Shown here: positions 1 to 12,000 of the stretch, one piece after another
Position numbering within the stretch: the stretch's first letter is position 1
How the letters are laid out: each line of letters opens with the position of its first letter
Sequence record: NC_026927.1
DNA length: 64,000 nucleotides
Direction: 5' to 3' (one strand)
Translations under genes and position numbers: made by a program
Notes under the pieces: generated by a model
What the model was told of the DNA's origin: nothing
Database searches by the model: none
The model's input: only the letters and a program-made list of their open reading frames with translations

Positions 1-495
1 CCCTTTCCTGGTTGGTATATCCTTAAGCCTGCTATAAACTTCCTTGGTATGGGAAGGAACTCAAGAAAGATATGGTTAACTCCTGAAGATAAGACAGAAA
101 ACTTTGGAATACCGGGTGAGTTTTGGTCTGAGTTCTTTGTAGGGGAACATATTAGTATAGATTATCACAAAAGACATCAGATATTAACTGTCAAGGGATA
201 CCCAGAGGATAAGAAACACATCTCTGAGTGCTCTAGATGGAAGAAGTGGACTAAAGTTGATAGAGAAGTACCATTCCCAGAAGTATTAGGGGATGTATGG
301 AGGAACTATGCTACTATTAACATTGAATGCATTGGTGGGAATATGATTGAAGCCCATGTTAGGGGTAACCCTGACTTTGTTTGGGGTAATGAAGAGGCTA
401 TTCCAGTGTGGAAAGGTGATAGAATAGATCCACCGGATGGTTATACATATGTCAAGAGTCCAGATTACGAAAGAGTTGGGTTCTACATCAAGTAA
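1..495 (+). CDS. Conserved cyanophage hypothetical protein, 5'-truncated by the window edge
   Basis: The frame is open from base 1 (PFPGWYILKPAINFLG-MGRN...), so the ATG at 49 is probably internal. Motifs FWSEFFVGEHISIDY and INIECIGGNMIEAHVRGNPDF resemble a T4-like cyanophage protein I recall upstream of gp25. Confidence 0.6.
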   Translation, partial: PFPGWYILKPAINFLGMGRNSRKIWLTPEDKTENFGIPGEFWSEFFVGEHISIDYHKRHQILTVKGYPEDKKHISECSRWKKWTKVDREVPFPEVLGDVWRNYATINIECIGGNMIEAHVRGNPDFVWGNEEAIPVWKGDRIDPPDGYTYVKSPDYERVGFYIK

Positions 496-562
496 ATAAA
501 GTATCAGGGGATAGAAACCCCCTTAAAAGTTCTATAACTGTTGTTTTTAGGACTATAGTACT

Positions 563-700
563 ATGGGAAGACCAGTAGATCGTTCAGAAGGAGTTCTTTT
601 AGTCACCGATTATGGTGCTCTTGAGTGGGCATTGAAGAAAAAGAAGGAAATGTCTAAGAGATGTCCGTCATGTTCTTGTCAGACAAAGGCAACTTCCTGA
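563..700 (+). CDS. Small hypothetical protein (45 aa), not in the ORF track
   Basis: Manual translation: MGRPVDRSEGVLLVTDYGALEWALKKKKEMSKRCPSCSCQTKATS. It fills the gap before gp25. Confidence 0.5.
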   Translation: MGRPVDRSEGVLLVTDYGALEWALKKKKEMSKRCPSCSCQTKATS

Positions 701-707
701 TAATACA

Positions 708-724
708 CTAAATACAACTAAATA
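708..724 (+). promoter_or_regulatory. Tandem T4-type late promoter-like motifs (CTAAATA x2)
   Basis: CTAAATA at 708-714 and 718-724, just upstream of gp25. The T4 gp55 late consensus is TATAAATA. Confidence 0.55.
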
Positions 725-734
725 CGCAACAATA

Positions 735-1139
735 ATGGCAGAAGTCACACGTATTTCTAGGGCATTTAAGGACATTAGTCTCTCGTTCAAACCTCATCCG
801 GTTACGGGAGATATTTCTGTGCTCAAAAACGAGAGAGCGATCAACAAATCTGTACAGAATATCGTCGAAACCATTCCTGGTGAGAAGTTTTTCAATCCTA
901 ACTTTGGTTCTGACGTTAGATCAATGCTTTTTGAGTTAGTTGACTTTGGTAGTTCCGCATTAATTGAGGATCAGATCCTAACTTCCATTAATAACTACGA
1001 ACCAAGAGTTAATAAAGTAAAAGTATCGGTAGATCCGAGACCTGATACTAATGAATTCGAGGTTACTGTTAATTATGAAATCATAGGACAACCATTTCCT
1101 TCCCAAACATTCACATTCATCTTAGAGGCAACTAGGTAA
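735..1139 (+). CDS. gp25: Baseplate wedge subunit gp25
   Basis: FKDISLSF..HPVTGDI, PGEKFFNPNFGSDVRSMLFE and NYEPRV motifs; 134 aa; directly upstream of gp6. Confidence 0.93.
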   Translation: MAEVTRISRAFKDISLSFKPHPVTGDISVLKNERAINKSVQNIVETIPGEKFFNPNFGSDVRSMLFELVDFGSSALIEDQILTSINNYEPRVNKVKVSVDPRPDTNEFEVTVNYEIIGQPFPSQTFTFILEATR

Positions 1140-3064
1140 TGGCATTTACTAAGTTCACTAACCTAGATTACGACCAGATTAAGGCGTCTATTAAGGATTA
1201 TCTAAGAGCAAACTCAGATTTCACTGGGTTTGACTTTGATGGTTCTAACTTTTCTGTGCTAATTGATACTTTAGCATACAACGCCTACATCAACTCAGTA
1301 AATGCCAACATGATTGTCAATGAATCCTTTTTGGATTCAGCAGTCGTTAGGAGAAACGTGGTTTCTCTTGCTGGAAATATCGGATATCTACCAAGATCAA
1401 AGAAAGCAGCACAAGCAAAGATTACACTTACTATTGCAACCGCCTCAGATACTCCTACGCTCACCCTGAAGGCGGGTTTGGTGTGTGTTGGGGCACAAGA
1501 TAACACAAACTATGTGTTCTCCATTCCAGAGGATATTACGACACTAGTAAATGATGGGGTTGCTCAGTTTGGAACTACTGAAGATCCCATTACTGTCTAC
1601 CAAGGAACATATTTACAGAACTCCTTTACCTATGATGGGTCCTTAGATCAGAGATTCATCATTACCAACTCCAATATGGACTACAGTACCCTTGTGGTGC
1701 GTGTTAAAGATCAAAATGAACAGACTCCTGGTAAAGTCTGGAACAGGGTAGAGAATATTATCAAGATCAATAGGGATAGTGAGATATATTTCTTAGCAGA
1801 AGTTGAAAAGGAGTACTATGAACTCCTATTTGGTGATGGAATCTTTGGTAAGAAGCTAAAACAGGGACAACAACCTGTTGCGAGTTACATTTTGACTGAT
1901 GGGTCATCAGGAAATGGACCTTCTAAGTTCAGTTATTCGGGTTCTGTGGTTAGTTCGACTGGTGGAGTGATAATCCCTACCAATACCATCGTTATAACCA
2001 CTGTAGAGAGTGCTAGGAATGGTGCAAATATTGAATCTGTTGACTCTGTAAGGTATTATGCACCCAAACTCTATGGTGCTCAGTATAGAAGTGTAACTGC
2101 TCGTGATTACGAGGGTATTATTAAGGAAATTTACCCAAATACGGAGTCTGTCTCTGTTGTTGGTGGTGAAGAACTCGATCCACCCCAGTTTGGTAACGTT
2201 TTAATCAGTATCAAACCGGTAAATGGTACCGAAGTCTCTGATTTTGACAAAAAGAACATATTGGAGGGGTTGAAACAGTACACAATCGCTGGAATCAACC
2301 AACAACTAGTGGATCTTAAGATTCTATTCGTCGAATTGGACTCTTATGTCTATTATGATGTAACTAAAGTGGCATCTGCTGACTCTTTGAAGACAGAAGT
2401 CATTGGTTCACTCAATACTTACGCAAAATCAGTCGATCTTAACAAGTTTGGCGGTAGATTCAAGTATTCGAAGGCACAGAAGGTAATTGACGACACCAGT
2501 ATCGCTGTTACCTCCAATATTACTCGTGTTGTTATCCGTAGAAACCTATCTGCAGCGATTGGGCAGTTTGCACAGTATGAATTGTGCTTTGGTAACGGTT
2601 TTCACATCAAAGCATCAGGTGGAAACATCAAAACCACTGGTTTCCGAATTACTGGGTTGAATGATGTTGTATACTTAACAGATACACCAAATAAAGATGC
2701 AAATGGAAATGTAGATAACTCAGGGAAGGGTAAGATTTCCGTAATTACTGGAATTGCCGATGATAATGGTAGTTTCCGATATACTGTTGTTATTGATAAG
2801 GCAGGAACAGTGGATTATACAAAAGGAGAGATAATGTTGAACACTTTACAGATAAGTTCTACTGTTAAACCCAATAGAATTGTTGAAGTGCAGGCATACC
2901 CAACATCTAATGATATTATTGGTTTGAAGGACCTTTATGTGTCACTAGCTGTTCCTGATAGTGAGATAAATATGGTTAAGGATACTATTACCAGTGGTGA
3001 GCAAATCTCTGGTGTAGGATTCAAAGTAACCTCCAGTTACGGCAACGGCAAGTTAACACGGTAA
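1139..3064 (+). CDS. gp6: Baseplate wedge subunit gp6
   Basis: LDYDQIKASIKDYLRANSDFTGFDFDGSNFSVLIDTLAYN and RSVTARDYE motifs; 641 aa; TAATG overlap with gp25. Confidence 0.93.
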   Translation: MAFTKFTNLDYDQIKASIKDYLRANSDFTGFDFDGSNFSVLIDTLAYNAYINSVNANMIVNESFLDSAVVRRNVVSLAGNIGYLPRSKKAAQAKITLTIATASDTPTLTLKAGLVCVGAQDNTNYVFSIPEDITTLVNDGVAQFGTTEDPITVYQGTYLQNSFTYDGSLDQRFIITNSNMDYSTLVVRVKDQNEQTPGKVWNRVENIIKINRDSEIYFLAEVEKEYYELLFGDGIFGKKLKQGQQPVASYILTDGSSGNGPSKFSYSGSVVSSTGGVIIPTNTIVITTVESARNGANIESVDSVRYYAPKLYGAQYRSVTARDYEGIIKEIYPNTESVSVVGGEELDPPQFGNVLISIKPVNGTEVSDFDKKNILEGLKQYTIAGINQQLVDLKILFVELDSYVYYDVTKVASADSLKTEVIGSLNTYAKSVDLNKFGGRFKYSKAQKVIDDTSIAVTSNITRVVIRRNLSAAIGQFAQYELCFGNGFHIKASGGNIKTTGFRITGLNDVVYLTDTPNKDANGNVDNSGKGKISVITGIADDNGSFRYTVVIDKAGTVDYTKGEIMLNTLQISSTVKPNRIVEVQAYPTSNDIIGLKDLYVSLAVPDSEINMVKDTITSGEQISGVGFKVTSSYGNGKLTR

Positions 3065-3076
3065 TAGGTATTAAAC

Positions 3077-6000
3077 ATGATCGGTACTGAGCTAGGTATT
3101 GACGTGAGAGTTAAGATTCAGGATGTGGTTTCCTCACAACTTCCTGATTATATTTTAAGTGAAGCTCCACTCACCGACGATTTTCTAAAACAGTTTTACA
3201 TATCTCAGGAATACCAAGGCGGTACTGTAGATTTTGCGTCAAACCTAGATCAATACCTCTCTCTGACAACACTTGGCAGTGAGAATCTTTATACTGCCTT
3301 TGAACTTACACAAGATGTAAGTATTGATGATACTATTATTCATGTTAATACTACAAGTACTTTCCCCAATGAATGGGGTCTTCTAAAGATTGATGATGAG
3401 ATTGTCACCTATACCGGTCTCACCACAAACACCTTCACTGGAGTTGTAAGAGGTTTCAGTGGTATTTCTAGTTACAGAGATTCTGATAATCCTTCCGAAC
3501 TTGTATTTGAAACCACAACCGCTGCCACTCACACTACAGAAACCAATGTTGAGAATCTATCAACACTCTTCCTAAAGAATTTCTACGACAAACTCAAGTA
3601 TACCTTTGCTCCTGGTTTTGAGAACCTAGAGTTCAATAGTGAAGTTAGTGTTGGTCAGTGGATTCGTCAGGCAAGATCATTCTACCAATCTAAGGGTAGT
3701 GAAGAGTCCTTCAAGATTCTATTCAGAGTATTATATGGTGAAGATCCTCTAGTTATTGATCTAGAGCAGTTCCTTATCAAACCTTCCCAAGCAGAGTACT
3801 CTAGAAGGGACTATGCGGTTGCTATTCCAGTCAGTGGTAACCCTATAACCCTCAAGGGTAAGACAGTGTATCAGAGTGATGCAGAGGACGTGTTTGGTGC
3901 CATCTCAGAGATTGAGACATTTACTAGAGATAACAAATTATATTACAGAATCTACTTCTTTGTTAGTAATGATGAAATTGCTAATGAGAGAAAACTATTC
4001 ACTATCCCTGGTAGATCAAGAACACAGAGAGGATGGAATCAGGGTGACACTACAATCACTGTAGATACTACTCTTGGGTTTAGGGATAACAACGAGTTTA
4101 TCACTGAAGATGGAACTAAGTTTACATACTTGGAGAGAACTGTTAATCAGTTCCTAGGTGTTGAGTGTAGTGATACAGAGAAAACACTAGGTACTAATGA
4201 AGATATCATTGATGATATTACTATCTTTGGTATTAATGATGCTGGTGAGACTGTCTCACTACGTATGACTGGCGTTATCTCTGATATTGAGTTCCCCGAT
4301 GAAGTCCCATTCACTACACCTGGAGAGAAGATATCTGTAGATACCTTAGGTGAGAATATCATCTCTGCTGATGTAACTAGAAGTGAGCCTACACAGAGAC
4401 AGATCATTGCTAATAGTTTCATCTATAACACTTCAGTAAGAATGGAAGTAGATGAACTCAATGGTTCTGATTTCCAAATCAATACTGCCTACTTAGATAA
4501 AGCTTTCATTTCTCCTGGTGACTCTGTTGATATTCTCCAAAGAGGCTCGCAGCTTGTCTATGTCGCTAATCGCAAAGTAACCTCAGTTGACTATCTCAAT
4601 AGTATTATAACAATCAATGACTCATTTGGCATCCCTTTAGATCAATCACTTGATATCAGAAGGAATCAGAACTATGCAAAGAGTAGCACTACAGATATTG
4701 AGTATGGTCAGAACTCTGTTCTATCCAATGTTCTGAACCTTTATGATGCAACAGAGTTTGATGGTAACTTCTATGTTGCAACTAACTCCCTACCTTCCTA
4801 TGATATGGAAGTTAAAGTTGTTGAGAGTATTCTTACTGGAGTTACTACTTCTAACTTTGAAGGATATAACTCATTCACTGATCAGTACTCAACAATTATC
4901 TTTGATTCTGCCACTTCATTCATAACTGGTGATCTAATTTCATATAGAGTTATCTCAGTAGAAAGAACAGGTATTCCCCTTATCACTGAAGGTGAATACT
5001 TTGTAGAGGTTCTCAGCAACCCCAGAAAGATTAAACTATATGTATCACCTTCCTTTATTGGAAGTGATAACTTTGTTGGATTCGTATATAACGATGCAGT
5101 AGGTGCTCATGCATTCACTCTAGAGGAACAGAAAGATAGAAGAATCAATACTAAGAATGTATTCAAGAAGATTCCCTTCACGGCAACCAAACAGAATATC
5201 ACTATCCCTAGAACACCCGATGTAACCCCCTCAGGTTCCCCTGTGGCAGTTCTTACTAATGGTGTAGAGGTATTGTCATATAAGTCACCAGATAAGGTGT
5301 TCTTGGGTCCTTTAGAAGAAGTTGTTCCTGTTGCTTCTGGTGAGGGTTATAGTGTTATTGGACCACCCAATATCCTAATCACACCACCTAATATTCAAGT
5401 TACAGATCCAACTGGTATTCCTACTGATGGTGGTGTTGCTAGAGTATCACCAGTTATCTCTGGTAGGTTGAAGAAGATCTATATCGATCCACAAGACTTT
5501 GATATTGAGGAAGTATTCTCAATCACTGTTGTTGGTGGTAACAGTCGTGGTGCCACAGCAAAACCACAGATTTCTAAGAGAACTCGTTCTATCCCCTTTG
5601 ATACGAGACTTGATATCTACGGTGGTGGTATTAATCCAAATGAAGAGACCATCCTATTCTTAACTGAACACAAACTCGCCAAGGGTGATGCAATTATCTA
5701 CGAAAACAACGATACACAAAGTATTGGTGTTAATGTTGCTGGTGGTAGTAACATCTATAATGGCCAGACACTATCTAACGGTGCTGTGTATTTTGCAGAA
5801 CCCCTTAATAATGTAACCATTAAGATCTATGAGACTCTAGAAGATTTGAACTTGGGTATCAATACCGTTGGGTTCACTTCAAGTCAAACTGGGTTTGGTG
5901 TTCAGGACTTTACTACTATTCCTAGAAACCAACTCACTGGTGCTTCCATCACAGATGATGGTGGTGAGTTTGTATATCGTAAGATGGAGTTCCAACCAGA

Positions 6001-9000
6001 GAACATCTATCCTGAGTATGATGAGTTGAGATACGACGGTCATGGTTTTGCTAGTGGTGATCTAGTTGAGTATGGAACTTTCGGTTCTGTTGTTGGTGGT
6101 CTATCTACTGAGAAGCAATACTATGTTGATGCTTTAGATGAAAATATCATCAAACTATCTGATGCCGGTATTGGTGGAACAAGTAGGTTTGACTATGATA
6201 GGAAGGACTATGTTGATTTCACCAACATTGGTGTTGGAACACAGTTTATCAAGTATCCTGATGTCACTGTCAATGTTGTAGTATCCTATGCCTCGTCTAT
6301 CACTGGTATCATTACAGCAACACCTATTATCCGCGGTGGTATTATTCAAACTTATGTTGAGACTGGAGGATACTATGGTTCTGATATTCTCAACTTCGCC
6401 AAGACACCAGAAGTAACAGTTCAGACTGGTGAAGGTGCTAGAATCAAACCAGTTATTGTTAATGGTAAGGTTACCACAGTTCAGATTCTAAGTAAGGGTA
6501 TCAACTACCCACCCACACCAGATCTTCGTGTTATTGATAAGTCTCGTAAAGGTGCTGGTGCTCTTCTTCGCCCAGTAGTTATTGATGGTGCTATCCAGAG
6601 TGTTGTTGTTATTAGCACTGGTGAAAACTATGATCCATTGAATACTGATATTACAGTAATTGATACTGCTAGACGATGTATTCTTGTTCCTAGAATTACA
6701 CCTCTCACAGTTAATACCTTTGCTAGATTTGGATTCGAAGGTCTATCTAATAATGACTACTCGGTTGTTGCCTATGACAGAAAGATTCGTGAGGATGTAT
6801 ATGGTGACCTAGGTGATTCCCACTCACCCATCATTGGTTGGGCAAACGATGGTAACCCCATCTATGGTGGTTTTGGTTTCGATGATCCAGAGAACTCCAG
6901 TTCTGGTTTCCGGGCGATGAGAACTTCCTATGAACTCTTCCCTGGTGAGATCTATGGTCGTCCCCCACTAACACTATATCCTGCTGGTTCTTTTGTTGAG
7001 GACTACAAGTTTACAGATAATGGTGATCTAGACATCTATAATGGTAGGTATGGTAGAACTCCTGAGTACCCTAATGGTGTGTATGCATACTTCGCTGGTA
7101 TCTCCACTGATACTCAGTCACTAGCAAGAGAACCACAATTCCCTTACTTCATTGGTCCTGAGTTTAGGGATGGATTGGGTATTCAAGATAATACTGTATC
7201 CCAAGATTTTGATATTAATAATAAGGATATTTTCCGTAATACTTTCCCATATGCCGTAGGTAACCCTATTATCGGCAGTGAGTTCCTAGATCAATCATAC
7301 TTAGAGGATACTCAGGATTCTATTATACAATCTATCAATAATGGTACTGTTGATAACTTAACCATCGTTGGTGCTGGTGTTAGTTACTCTGTTGGTGATA
7401 TTGTTAATTTTGATGATACTTTCGACTACATTAGTGTAGTTGTAGATCAGGTAGATGGTCCCGAGGTAACACAGATTCAAACTCTCATCAAGAGTTATGG
7501 TAAAGCAGAAACCAAAGTCATTAAAGTTGATAACACAACTGTTCGTGTTTATGTTGATCCCTTCCACGAGTATCTTGATGGAGATAAAGTTGTAATTAGT
7601 GGTCTATCAACAAACACAGATCAACTCAACGGGACTCATGAGATTAACTTCATGAGGGAGCAAATGACAATGTTTGCTCCTATTCCTCCTACTTTGTTTG
7701 AGACAGTATCTGATATCTTTGTCAATACTATTTCAGATAAGGTTTCTGTTGGTTCTAGTATTACTGTTGGTCTTGGCACTCTATCGGAGGATATGGAAGT
7801 TATCAACATCTTCCCTATTAATAAGGCACTTCGGGTTAAGAGACCAGTAGGTTATGGTTTTACACACCCAATTGGTGATGCTGTTAACATTGCTCCTAAT
7901 TACTTTGATATTAAGAAGAATGTAGATTCATTCCCGTCTGAGATTGATGTTGAGTACTACTTCAACCCACACCAAACAGTGGCAGTTGGATTGGAGACTG
8001 GTGTAAGTGTTGGTTTGGTGTATTCAATTGGTACTATCGATAAGAATATCTCAGTACAGACTCAAAGAATATATGCACCATCCCATGGTTTCAGAACTGG
8101 TGAGGAGATTACTTTTGAGAAGAATGATACTGATACTGCATTAGTTGTAACAGACGGTAGTACTGTATATACACTACCTGGTGTAGGTAATACAAGTAAC
8201 GCATATGTTGTATCACTATCCAAGAACTATATTGGTATTAGAACAGTAACAGATGGTCCTGATCTATTCTTCTCTACTGATGGTTCCGATTCTCCTCTAT
8301 ATTCTATTAAGACTAATCGTTTCGCTGAGACTGCATTAGTAGATAGAATTCAGGCAGAAGTTAAAACGAAAACGGATCATAGGTTGGGGAATGACGATCA
8401 GATATTTACTGATGTTATTTCTTCTGGAAAATCAGGTGTAGGTACTAACCCCAACATCAAACTTGAGTTCGATGATTCATCACAATCACTTATTGTAGAT
8501 CCATACTTCACACAACCTAGTGATATTGATACGGTTAATAACCTAATTAATATCAATAACCACGGTTATACTAATGGGGATATTGTTCTATATCAAAACT
8601 ATGGAAGTTCTATTGGTGGTTTAACAACTCATCACAAATATTACACTATTCCCTTTGATAGGGATAAGTTCTATGTTGCTGAAACATTTGTTGATGTAAG
8701 ACCCGGAACTAAACTACCTGTGAATCTAACTTCTGTTGGTATTGGTTCCCATAAGTTCTCCAAGGTCAATCCACCACTACTCATCACTAATAATAATGAT
8801 ATTGAGTTTGATGTGTCATCACCAACTCTATTTGGTAAAACACTAGAATTCTTCTTTGATCGGACTCTAACTGAAATATTTGATAATAACAGTATAGACA
8901 ATGTATTTGTTGTTTCTGGTGTATCTACTGAGGGATACGAGGATGCTAGGAAGTCTATTAGATACTCTGATAACAATCCAGATGTATTCTTCTATGGTAT

Positions 9001-12000
9001 TACTGAAGGTGGTTATATTTCCACTGCAGATACTGAAGTATCTAGAAACAACTCTATTAGATATGAGGCAAGTGAGTACGCAATTGAAGGTAGAGTAACC
9101 GTTATAGACGATAGCACCTTTACCTATACACTCAATACTATTCCCGAGAAGCCACTATACACTAATCCTGATACACAACTCTCATACAAGACTTCCTCTA
9201 GTACTGCTCTAGGTGGTGTTGGTAGATTGAATATCATCTTCAGTGGTAATAACTTCCCAGCTCTACCTGAGTTTGAGGGTATTCAAACTGAGTATGGGCA
9301 GAACGCAACTATCAGAGCAGAGTCTGATGATATTGGAACACTTGCTTCCTTCAGAATCCAGAACGCTGGTTGGGATTACTCCGCTGATAATACACTTCGC
9401 CCCTTTGGTGTTATTCAACCAACCATTAGATTTGATAATAGTGACTTTGTTACTGAGGTTACTGTTCTTGATGGTGGTAATGGATATCAGAACCCCCCTA
9501 ATGCTGTTCTAGTAGACTCTGTAACAAGAGAAGTAGTAGATAATGGATCTATCATCCTAGAGGTACAATCATCCACCATCACAGATGTTATTGTTGAGGT
9601 TGCTCCTTCTGGTTTATCCAAGGATCTCCAAGAACTATGGACTGTCAATAATAGTAATGGTATTCCTATCCTACTAATTGGTAACATTGATAATGTTGCT
9701 GGTGTAGTTACATATACAGTACAGACTCCTATTGAGGGTTATGCAACACCACCATTCTCAGTTGGTGATAGAGTATTTGTTGAGAATATTCTAGTAGATC
9801 AAGATGCTCCCCCCTCTAAACTCAATTCTGGTGATTATGGGTATCAGTTCTTGGAAGTTGTTGCCGTAACACCAACAAACCCAATCACTATTGGTATTCA
9901 GTATCCTGAAGAAGCTATTGGTAACCTAGGTTATGGTGTTACTTTCCAACAGGCTTTCTCTGGTATTGTTAACGAGGATATCTATCCTAAGTTTGCAGTA
10001 CAACAGACAACTGCAGTCTTCCTAGAGGGTGAGAGACTTTCTATCTTTGATTCCTTTGGTAATCTTGATGAGACTGACCTAGTTGTGGAAGAGTCCAACA
10101 CTAGTTTCTTTAAAGTTACTGGAAACTATGATTTATTGGTTGGTGATGTACTCAAGGGTAACAATAGTGGTGTTATTTTAACTGTTACTGAAATTGACAG
10201 TAGTAGTTGTAGATATCTAGTTGATTCTATCTCCAGAATCAACACTGGTTGGAACGATAAGACAGGTTTCCTTAATGAGGAGACACAGAACCTACCAGAT
10301 AACGATTACTATCAGAATCTATCTTACTCAATTAAGAGTACAATTAACTTCGAGGAACTTATCAACCCAGTCAATAGATTGGTACATCCTTCTGGTCTAA
10401 AGAACTTCTCTGATACCAAGATTGAGTCCATTGGTGATATTGGTGTTGGTAGTAGTGAGAGCTCTGAGTCAACAGTTACTATTGACTTTATTGGTCTAAC
10501 TGATATAGCAGAAACTCCACTGAGAGTTGATCGCATCAATGTATTCGACTTGGGTTGGGATGCCAATGTCAATAACAACAGATCTAACGCCATTAGACTT
10601 CAGAGTAGAACTCCTAACAAGAGACTAACTGACTATATCGAAGTTCGTACTAACAGAGTATTGATGCATGACGACATCAGTAACGAGTTTATTGACTCAG
10701 ATAACGCCTCTTCCAAGTCCCCCTATAGTGAGTTCAATATTATCACTGGTGAATATACCAGAGGATTGGTTCAGGCAAGAAATCCCTTCACTGATCAAGT
10801 CCAATTCACTGAGATTATTGTTTTATCAGTTGATAACAGTGCCTTCACTTTACAGAAGGCGAGTATCTCTGATAATGATCTTGGTTATGGTATCTTTGAG
10901 GGTAGATCTTTAGCTAGTAGTGAATATCAAATGAGATTCACTCCCTTCAACACAGATGATTTTGATATTGACCTAAAACTACTATCCCATAAGTTTATCT
11001 TTAGTGGTGAGTCAGCTGAAGAGATTGGATATGTAAACCTAGCCGGTAATACACTATCTACACCAGACGCTGCTAGTACTCAAATATATGGAGCTAGTAA
11101 TAGTAATAATAGAGCAGTTGTTGTTCACGCAAATATTACCACAATTGATGGTCTTCTTTATTACTATGAGATATATGCTTTTACTGATGGTACTGATGTA
11201 TACTATGCACCTTATGGTTATAGTAGTGATGTACTAAAGGGTTTCAATAGTGAGTTGGATGGTGATTTTAACGCCACACTACAAGGTGGTAAGTTGGCAA
11301 TCTACTTCACTAATAATACTGGTGGTCCAGTTAGTATCACCACGAAGTCTATTGAGTTCAAGCAGTCTTTCAGTGGAACATCACCTTATAGATTTAAGAA
11401 AAATAATGTTCCTGATACTGAAGAAAGAAGTATTATTCTAGACTCAGTATCCACTGCGGGTGTTAGTACACAAACCACTGAGGTATTCAGATACGACACC
11501 ACTCTATTCCAGAGTGTTAGATCTATCGTTCATATCTCTGGTACGGATGTTGGTGCCATTCATCAGGTAATGACTATCAATAGTGATGGTTCTACTTATT
11601 GTGAAGTGTATCCTTTCATTACTGAGGGTGATGAGGTAGATTCTACTTCTGGTATTGGTACCTTTGGTTCATCAATTGATGGAACTGATATGGTTCTAAC
11701 TTTCTATCCAGATGCAGCTATTGGAAGTCAGGCACTAACTCTCACCTCCTATAACGAAACATTCTATAGAGAATTGGATGAAGTTAACTACACATTCGGT
11801 AGACCATTAGTTTATTCTGAGAGTGAGGAGAACTACTACCTAGAGAGGTATATTGCTCCTCTAGGTTTGAGAAACAACCTACTTAGATTCCCTCTGACAT
11901 ACGAAGGTATTCCCATCTATGAGAAGGCATTTGATCCAGCAACTACAATTAGCATAAACAACGGTAATTTGACATTGTTCAACATTACTGAGCACTTCTT

